This document shows, in pieces, positions 16,281-22,480 of a stretch of DNA of 22,480 nucleotides. A program made the position numbers and the translations under genes. This stretch comes from an uncultured bacterium (GTDB taxonomy: Bacteria > Schekmanbacteria > GWA2-38-11 > J061): positions 1 to 22,480 of the forward strand of contig CAZJVM010000035.1 in assembly GCA_964549305.1 (NCBI GenBank), written 5' to 3'. The notes under the pieces were generated by a model. The model worked only from the letters and a program-made list of their open reading frames with translations. It searched no databases and had not been told where the DNA came from. Every line of letters begins with the position of its first letter. Position 1 is the stretch's first letter.

Positions 16281-18239
16281 ATGATTAAAGATTTGAAAAT
16301 ATCCATTAATTACTGGCAGGATTTTTTAACGACTCTTGCATCGACTTACGGGATTTTCTTCCAACTGATGGACTCCTCGGGTAACATTGTTTCAAATACG
16401 GTGAATGAAAGGACATTATGCTCCTATTTAAGCCGTTTTGAAAACTCTTCGCTAAAATGTAAAGAGCATTGCAGGGATATCCCTTTGCAGGCGGTTTCGG
16501 AGGAAAATATTAAACGTTATAACTGTTATATGGGAATTGAGTGCTTTGCCATTCCCATCGACATCAGTAAGAGTGAAAAAGGAGTGATTCTCGGAGGTAA
16601 GGTGCTTACAGACATCCCTTACACAGAGGCATATTCTGAAAAATGCAGGCAACTGGGAATTAACATAAACGAAGTGCTTAACTCTCTGCACGAATTAAAA
16701 TTCATGAAAGAAAAATGCATCGGCGCCTACATTGAATTGATAGATAACTTTGCGAAAAAAGCGGCGCTTATGGAAGTCGATATTTCCGAATATGCTGAAA
16801 AAGAAAAACAATTCAAACGTATTTTAAGTGGAATCAACGAATTACATGAAAATGACGCGATCGATAGAGAATTTTTGTTTTCTATCATTAGAACTGCGTC
16901 TGAAGCGTTTTCCGTAAAGGACGTTTCTCTTATTGAGAAAAAAGGGAATAATTTCGAGTCTGTTGCGGATATCAGAGATTATATCGATACCGGAGTTATG
17001 TCGGGGATAACTTTAAAGAGCAATTCCCCTTTAATAGAAAAAATTATTGAAACGGGAAAAAAGCCATTGATTCTTGATGACTCCAAATTGATAAGCGAAC
17101 TTGGAATTAAATGGGGTGCTGAAACAATAAGTATTGTTCCCGTCTTTAAGTCACATAAACTTTGGGGCATACTTTTATTCTTCAATTTTCCTGATGATTC
17201 GGATACAAGGGAAAATCTTCGCTTTTTTGCAGAAAATATAGAAAAAACCATAGAATCCATCGAAGTGAAAAATCAGCTGAAACTGATTAATCATAATAAG
17301 ATGCAGCTGAATTCAATGATGGAGAAATTTGCAAAACTTTCCCGCATTGAAGAACTTTTAAACAGTGTGGTTTCGGAAATATCCGCTTTTACAAAGGCGG
17401 GAAGAGTTTCAGTGGCGATTGTAAACGAGGAAACGGGGAAACTTGAATTACTGGCGGCGAAGGGATTGGATGAGTCAATTTTAAAATCCAGCCGTTTTAT
17501 CGACAACAACAGCATCAGTTACAGGGCTTTCGATTCAGGTACACCCATTATAGTAGATGACATCTCCCGGCACGAAGATTTTTCACAGCTTGCGCATTCC
17601 GGTTGCGCGGGAAATGCCTTTATGTCCCTTCCACTGAGACATAACGGCAGGGCAATAGGCACATTGAATGTAAGTGAAATTGAAAAGCTCATTGTCGAAG
17701 ATGACGAAAAATACGAATGGCTTAAAAATCGGGTGAAATTGATGTCTCTTTTAATTGAAAAAACTATTTTGAAGAAGGAAGTAAAGGGACTCAAATCAAA
17801 ATATATAGATTCTGATAAAGGGATTTACAATAAGATTTATTTTCACGAATTCGGCAAAAAACGCCTTGAAAATTCACGAAGAAACAGGCGAAGTGATTCG
17901 GTTATTGTCCTTAATTTCGCAAAAGAGCTTGAAAAAATTTCAGCGGAAAAGGAAACTATATTGAATAACATCATATCAGATGCAAGGCGTGAAATCAGAA
18001 GTTCGGATATAATGGCTTTGTACGATGAAGAAAGCATAACCTTTTTTCTTCCGGATACAGATAAAAACGGTGCTTTGCTCTTTGCAAAAAAAATGAAATC
18101 AAAGGTGGAAGACCTGCTTCTCTTCTTTGAACAACCCGGTGAAGATATAAAAGTCAGTGTAGGCGTGAGCACATTTCCGGAAGACGGCGACAGCGTTACC
18201 AACCTGACCCTCTCTGCTCAAAGAGCCCTTGTAAATTAG
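16281..18239 (+). CDS. PocR-GAF-GAF-degenerate GGDEF signalling protein (putative c-di-GMP receptor)
   Basis: N-terminal PocR-like sensor (LC..., KC...C, YNCYMG..FAIPI..ILGG). Two GAF-like regions (SIVPVF..LWGIL; FMSLPL...IGTLNV). C-terminal GGDEF fold (IRSSD, FFLPDTD..GA, VSVGVSTFPEDG) with DEESI in place of GGDEF. No TM segment. Confidence 0.85.
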   Translation: MIKDLKISINYWQDFLTTLASTYGIFFQLMDSSGNIVSNTVNERTLCSYLSRFENSSLKCKEHCRDIPLQAVSEENIKRYNCYMGIECFAIPIDISKSEKGVILGGKVLTDIPYTEAYSEKCRQLGININEVLNSLHELKFMKEKCIGAYIELIDNFAKKAALMEVDISEYAEKEKQFKRILSGINELHENDAIDREFLFSIIRTASEAFSVKDVSLIEKKGNNFESVADIRDYIDTGVMSGITLKSNSPLIEKIIETGKKPLILDDSKLISELGIKWGAETISIVPVFKSHKLWGILLFFNFPDDSDTRENLRFFAENIEKTIESIEVKNQLKLINHNKMQLNSMMEKFAKLSRIEELLNSVVSEISAFTKAGRVSVAIVNEETGKLELLAAKGLDESILKSSRFIDNNSISYRAFDSGTPIIVDDISRHEDFSQLAHSGCAGNAFMSLPLRHNGRAIGTLNVSEIEKLIVEDDEKYEWLKNRVKLMSLLIEKTILKKEVKGLKSKYIDSDKGIYNKIYFHEFGKKRLENSRRNRRSDSVIVLNFAKELEKISAEKETILNNIISDARREIRSSDIMALYDEESITFFLPDTDKNGALLFAKKMKSKVEDLLLFFEQPGEDIKVSVGVSTFPEDGDSVTNLTLSAQRALVN

Positions 18240-18309
18240 ATTTTTCAAAAAAACGAAATTGTCCGCTTAAACTTTTTTCTGAAAGTTTCTTACCTTCTTT
18301 TTTATTGTC

Positions 18310-18337
18310 TTGACTCCATTAGTGTATTTATTATTAT
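18310..18337 (+). promoter_or_regulatory. Putative sigma70-type promoter for the export genes
   Basis: TTGACT (18310-18315)-N16-TATTAT (18332-18337) in the intergenic gap; the AT-rich context lowers specificity. Confidence 0.45.
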
Positions 18338-18422
18338 TCTGCGGAAATAAAATGTCTCTTCTAAGACTATGGGAATCTATCCCGATAATTACTCTTTGCG
18401 AAATTTAAGAGGAGAAACTGAT

Positions 18423-19253
18423 ATGTTGAAAAATAAAGCTTTTTTGGTTGTTCTGTTAATTCTTTCCCTCGTTTTCATTTTGGCGCCGGCGTCGTCGGAA
18501 TCTGTTGGGAGCTATGTTATCGGAGAAGAAGATGTCCTCGATGTATTTGTGTGGAATAATCCCGATTTAAGCAGGAAGGTGACCGTAAGACCCGACGGAA
18601 TGATATCATTGCCCCTTGTTAATGATGTGAAAGCGAAAGGATTGACGGCAATGGAGTTAAGGGATGTGCTCGTTAAAAAGATGTCGGAGTTTGTAGAAAC
18701 CCTTGACCTGACTGTTACCGTGGACGTGATCAACTCCTTCAAGGTTTATGTTGTTGTAAAGGGCAAAGGCGTTTCATCGGGGACGTATACTTTAAGAAGA
18801 AAAACAACTATTCTGCAGTTTTTTGCCTCTATCGGAGGTATCGAGGAAATCGACCTTGCGAGTTCTTATATTCTCAGAGAAAATAAAAGAATGGAACTTA
18901 ATATGGAAAATCTTTTTTATGAAAATGACCTTTCGCAGAATGTTGAACTTATGCCCGGCGATACCTTTGTTCTTCAGGACCGCTATGGTTTGAGAATAAC
19001 CGTTCTCGGAGAAGTGCAAAATCCGGGAATTGTAAACTACAGGCGGGGGATGACACTTGTCGATGTCGTTCTTGAAAGAGGAGGGTTGTCCGATTACGCG
19101 CGCCCGTCCGGCACAAGGGTTGTAAGAAAGGGTGATGGGGAAAATATGACTATTAAGGTTGATCTTGATGATATACTCAATGACGGAGAAGTGGAAAAAA
19201 ATATTATCATTGAACCCGGAGATACGGTAATTGTACCAAAAGGATTTCTATAG
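18423..19253 (+). CDS. wza: Polysaccharide export protein (OPX/Wza-like; Poly_export + two SLBB domains), short periplasmic type
   Basis: YVIGEEDVLDVFVW...VRPDGMISLPLV signature, VLGEVQNPG, GDTVIVP. Start placed at ATG 18423 because of the AGAGGAG RBS and the signal peptide MLKNKAFLVVLLILSLVFILAPASS; the ORF-track start at 18369 is probably too early. Confidence 0.9.
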   Translation: MLKNKAFLVVLLILSLVFILAPASSESVGSYVIGEEDVLDVFVWNNPDLSRKVTVRPDGMISLPLVNDVKAKGLTAMELRDVLVKKMSEFVETLDLTVTVDVINSFKVYVVVKGKGVSSGTYTLRRKTTILQFFASIGGIEEIDLASSYILRENKRMELNMENLFYENDLSQNVELMPGDTFVLQDRYGLRITVLGEVQNPGIVNYRRGMTLVDVVLERGGLSDYARPSGTRVVRKGDGENMTIKVDLDDILNDGEVEKNIIIEPGDTVIVPKGFL

Positions 19254-20535
19254 AAAGAATGAAAAGGAATTTCCGGTTATTTCGTGGGCTATTCTATTGA
19301 TTGCATTATTAAATATGGCTCTTTGTGAAAACTCATATGCGGGAAATTTGGATTTTGATTCCTCTCTGACACTTGAAGAGGAATATGATGACAATGCTTT
19401 TTTGTCGTCTCAAAATGAAATAGAGGATTCCATCATAAGAGTGAAACCATCCTTTGAAGGAAAATACGAATTCAGCTCGGAAAGTTTCATTGAAAGCAAA
19501 TATGACGGTGAAGCTATTTTTCACAGGAAGAATATGCCCTTTGTCGATGACGAAATAAGGCATGAGCTTTCATCCCTTCTGAATATTGAATTAGTGAATA
19601 ACCTTACTCTGAAAATATCTGATGAATATAATGAAATTCCTATTAATATAAGAGATCCGGAAAGGTTTAAGGGTGATTTAAATAACCTTTCGGGAAAAAA
19701 TACATTTTATTCATCCCTTGTTTATGACAAGAATATGTCAAAGACCTTCAATTTAAATATTGAACCTTTTTACAGAAAAATAAAGACTGAAGACAGCAAC
19801 ATAAATGACAGGGAGATAAAGGGAGGTTCAATAAAAATAAGGAAGGAATTTTCCGCCACAACGTTTATAACCGCAGAATATGAGTTTAACAGAGTTAATC
19901 AGAGTCTTTCACCGAATTACGATTCCCATAACATTCGCGGAGGAATCAACTACGCATGGAAAGACAAACTGTTATTGTCGTTTTCAGGCGGTAAACAGAA
20001 AAAGGAATATGAAAAACAGGATAGTCTTGACGGTTTCGTGATAACGACGCGCGCGGATTACAAGGTTTCAAGCAATCTCGGATTGTCGGCGGAATTTAAC
20101 AAAAGTCTGGAAGATGACGAAGGTAAACGAAATTCAAGGCAAAATGCTTCCAAAAGAGAAGAAACAAATGTTTCGCTGGAGTACCGGTTTTTGGATAATA
20201 AGGCAAGAATAAGTCTCATGGGGTCGTTTTCGCGGAAAACATTTACGGAAGTGACAAGGGAAGATAATACGGATTCTTATTCAGTTAGCGGCGTTTATTT
20301 CCCGACAAAGAAAATGTCATTTGTTCTAAGCGGTCAATACAGGGAGAATGAGTATATAACGGATTTGCAAAACAGGGATGACGAAATTCTTTCCGGCAGC
20401 GCAGGTGTTAATTTTCATCCCTATGACTGGTTGAGCACCGGCATACGATATTACAGACAGGACAGGGATTCATCTGTATCTAATAACAAATATGTAGTTA
20501 ACAGATATACTTTTCAGTTAACCTTTATTTTTTAA
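19231..20535 (+). CDS. Outer-membrane beta-barrel protein associated with polysaccharide export
   Basis: Signal-peptide-like N-terminus, N-terminal EEYDDN motif, alternating amphipathic strands and C-terminal YTFQLTFIF ending in Phe (BAM signal). TTG start with GGAG RBS at 19218-19221; 23-nt overlap with the OPX gene. Confidence 0.8.
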   Translation: MYQKDFYRKNEKEFPVISWAILLIALLNMALCENSYAGNLDFDSSLTLEEEYDDNAFLSSQNEIEDSIIRVKPSFEGKYEFSSESFIESKYDGEAIFHRKNMPFVDDEIRHELSSLLNIELVNNLTLKISDEYNEIPINIRDPERFKGDLNNLSGKNTFYSSLVYDKNMSKTFNLNIEPFYRKIKTEDSNINDREIKGGSIKIRKEFSATTFITAEYEFNRVNQSLSPNYDSHNIRGGINYAWKDKLLLSFSGGKQKKEYEKQDSLDGFVITTRADYKVSSNLGLSAEFNKSLEDDEGKRNSRQNASKREETNVSLEYRFLDNKARISLMGSFSRKTFTEVTREDNTDSYSVSGVYFPTKKMSFVLSGQYRENEYITDLQNRDDEILSGSAGVNFHPYDWLSTGIRYYRQDRDSSVSNNKYVVNRYTFQLTFIF

Positions 20536-20538
20536 AAT

Positions 20539-22050
20539 ATGGCTGAATTTGAAAAAAACGAGTTGAAGAAATATTTTGGCGTCTTTTATAAGAGGCGTTT
20601 TCTTTTTTTCATCATTTTCTTCGTTTTAACTACCTTTGTCACAATCGCAAGTTATCTTCTTCCCGAAGTTTATGAGTCCAATGCATTGATTATGGTAGAA
20701 AAGCAGAAAATCATAAAAAGTATAATAGGAAACGATATATTCCGCGATGAGATGAAAAACAAAGTTGTAACTTTTAAAGAGAGAATAATCAGCACCAATA
20801 ACCTTCTCGACATAATCAAAAAGCTTGATTTGGATGTTACACTTACAAAACCCGGAGAGCTTGAAAACCTTGTCAAGAAAATGAGGGGCAACATCGATGT
20901 TGTGGTAAAAGGAATGAATCTTTTTGAAATATCCTATGAGGACAAATCGCCGAAACTCGCCGTATCGGTAACCCGGGCGCTCACAGACAATTTTATAGAA
21001 TCTACCCTGAGCGAAGCGCGTAATCAGAGTTATTCCGCCTTTGATTTTATCAACGGAATGGTCGATCAGTACAAAAAGAATCTTGAAGATTCCGGCAAAG
21101 TCCTTCAGGAATTTAAAAAGAAGAATATTTCCGACCTTCCCGGAGAAGTAAATTCCTATCTCGCAAGATTATCGCAGTATGAATCCTTTGTTACGGAAAC
21201 AGAGCTTGCCCTTAAAATAGCCGAGCTCAAAAAGAAAAAAATAGAAGAAGAACTTAAAAAAGAAAAACCTTTTGTAGACTCAATGGGTGATAAGGAATCG
21301 AGAATTCAATATCTCGAGGGGAAACTCCAGCAGTTGAAGCTTACCTATACGGATAAGTATCCCGAAGTGCAGAAACTCAAAAAGGAGATAGAAAGGGAAA
21401 AGAATACAAAAAGTGATGAGGCAGACGGAGGTATGAGCGTAAATCCCGAAACTTCAATGCCGAATCCCGTTTATCAGAAACTAAAGGAAAGTCTCGGTGA
21501 ACTCAGTCTTGAAATCGCGTCATTGAAATCAAAGTTAAAAAGTTATCAGGATAAGGTTGCTGATTATTATGAAAAGGCGAAACAGATGCCGGCGCAGGAA
21601 CAGGAATACACGAAAATACTCAGGGACTATAAGGTAAACGAAGAAATCTATCAGATGCTTCTAAGGCGTCTTGAAGAAGCGCGCATATCAAAGGAACTTC
21701 AGGCGGACGAAGAAGGCGAAAAGTATCGTGTAGTCGATCCTCCCAGAGAAGCGGTTAATCCTATCAAACCCAACAGGGCAAGGATTATTCTTCTGGGACT
21801 TCTCTTTGGGTTTGCCGCGGGACTTGGTATTGTTTTTTCACTGGAATATATGGATCATTCCATTAAGGACTTATATGACGCAAGGGATTTTTTCAAATAT
21901 CCGATTCTTGGTACGATTCCCGCCATTGTTATTGAAGAAGATGTGAAAAAAACGAGAAAAATAGATATTGCAGGCGCGCTCTTGGTAATGTTTTATGTTG
22001 CAATGCTGGTTTTCTTAATTTTAAGAGAGTTTGTAAGGTATAACCCTTAA
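20539..22050 (+). CDS. Polysaccharide copolymerase / chain-length determinant (Wzc/GumC membrane-periplasmic part)
   Basis: N-terminal TM plus LPEVYES, long coiled coil, YTDKYPEV, IYQMLLRRLEE, VVDPP...PIKP, second TM, EYMDHSI, PILGTIP. Confidence 0.92.
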   Translation: MAEFEKNELKKYFGVFYKRRFLFFIIFFVLTTFVTIASYLLPEVYESNALIMVEKQKIIKSIIGNDIFRDEMKNKVVTFKERIISTNNLLDIIKKLDLDVTLTKPGELENLVKKMRGNIDVVVKGMNLFEISYEDKSPKLAVSVTRALTDNFIESTLSEARNQSYSAFDFINGMVDQYKKNLEDSGKVLQEFKKKNISDLPGEVNSYLARLSQYESFVTETELALKIAELKKKKIEEELKKEKPFVDSMGDKESRIQYLEGKLQQLKLTYTDKYPEVQKLKKEIEREKNTKSDEADGGMSVNPETSMPNPVYQKLKESLGELSLEIASLKSKLKSYQDKVADYYEKAKQMPAQEQEYTKILRDYKVNEEIYQMLLRRLEEARISKELQADEEGEKYRVVDPPREAVNPIKPNRARIILLGLLFGFAAGLGIVFSLEYMDHSIKDLYDARDFFKYPILGTIPAIVIEEDVKKTRKIDIAGALLVMFYVAMLVFLILREFVRYNP

Positions 22051-22064
22051 AAAAGGTTTTGAAT

Positions 22065-22480
22065 ATGTCGCCAGAGGAGCAGAACAAAAAATCGAGTATA
22101 AAGGAGATTATTTTCAAAGAGAAGTTGTCGGATTTATTCAGGGAAATATTTAAAAAGGCTAAATTCGCATCTCAAACAAACAATTTTCTTTCGGGCTTTT
22201 CTCTTTTTGACAACGAAGAGGAAAATATTGACCGGAACCTGATATGCAATATTGACCCGCGCTCGGTTATCGTGGAGCAGTACAGGAATCTAAGGAATCA
22301 GATACTTTCGGAGAGTCGTGACAAAAAGGACAAAATACTTGCTGTTACAAGCTCCGTAAGAGGAGAGGGAAAGACCACAATTGCCGCAAATCTTGCCATT
22401 TCTTTTGCCACTAACCCCGAGGTTTCCGTAATAATAATTGACGGTGATATGCGTTCGCCTTCAATGCATAAAATTTTCGG
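22065..22480 (+). CDS. CpsD/CapB-family BY tyrosine kinase (partial; runs off the window end; not in the ORF track)
   Basis: Manual translation from ATG 22065: MSPEEQ...EQYRNLRNQI...ILAVTSSVRGEGKTTIAANLA...IIIDGDMRSPSMHKIF, with Walker A (GEGKT) and Walker A' (DGDMR). Confidence 0.92.
   Translation, partial: MSPEEQNKKSSIKEIIFKEKLSDLFREIFKKAKFASQTNNFLSGFSLFDNEEENIDRNLICNIDPRSVIVEQYRNLRNQILSESRDKKDKILAVTSSVRGEGKTTIAANLAISFATNPEVSVIIIDGDMRSPSMHKIF

Noticed and set aside
16109-16306. 65-aa minus-strand ORF in the divergent intergenic region
   Set aside because: Low-complexity translation of AT-rich DNA that overlaps the sigma54 promoter elements and the start of the PocR gene.
18369-18422. N-terminal extension of the OPX ORF
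   Set aside because: The RBS and signal peptide point to ATG 18423.
19259-19300. ATG-initiated MKRNFRLFRGLFY* suggesting a frameshifted start of the beta-barrel gene
   Set aside because: The in-frame TTG at 19231 has a GGAG RBS at suitable spacing and gives a plausible signal peptide, so no frameshift is needed.
1-22480. CRISPR arrays, tRNA/rRNA, IS elements, ops/JUMPstart element
   Set aside because: No spaced direct repeats, RNA-gene signatures, transposase ORFs or GGCGGTAG leader element were seen by eye; a covariance-model search was not possible.

Overview
AT-rich chromosomal window from a diderm bacterium (it encodes an outer-membrane beta-barrel), devoted almost entirely to cell-surface glycan biology. 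No rRNA, tRNA, CRISPR array or mobile element is recognisable. Left end (+): the 3' part of a Ser/Thr-rich protein with RG-x2/3-(G/N)T...(H/W)xxG repeats, an intrinsic terminator, and a TMTC-like GT-C/TPR glycosyltransferase. Centre (-, 15799->2519): a tightly packed nine-gene run encoding a TylF-like O-methyltransferase, a flavoprotein resembling eukaryote-type UDP-galactopyranose mutase, a B12-binding radical SAM enzyme, a second flavoprotein, two paralogous GT-C-like membrane proteins, a catalytically degenerate sulfatase-fold protein, an ArnT/PMT-like GT-C and an ALG5/DPM-like GT2. Divergent from this, a well-formed sigma54 promoter (with an IHF site and TGT-N11-ACA enhancer-like sites) precedes a PocR-GAF-GAF-degenerate GGDEF protein that keeps the RxxD I-site. 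It is followed by a polysaccharide export module: short OPX, beta-barrel, copolymerase and a BY-kinase truncated by the window end. All functional calls come from motif recognition by eye, not database searches.
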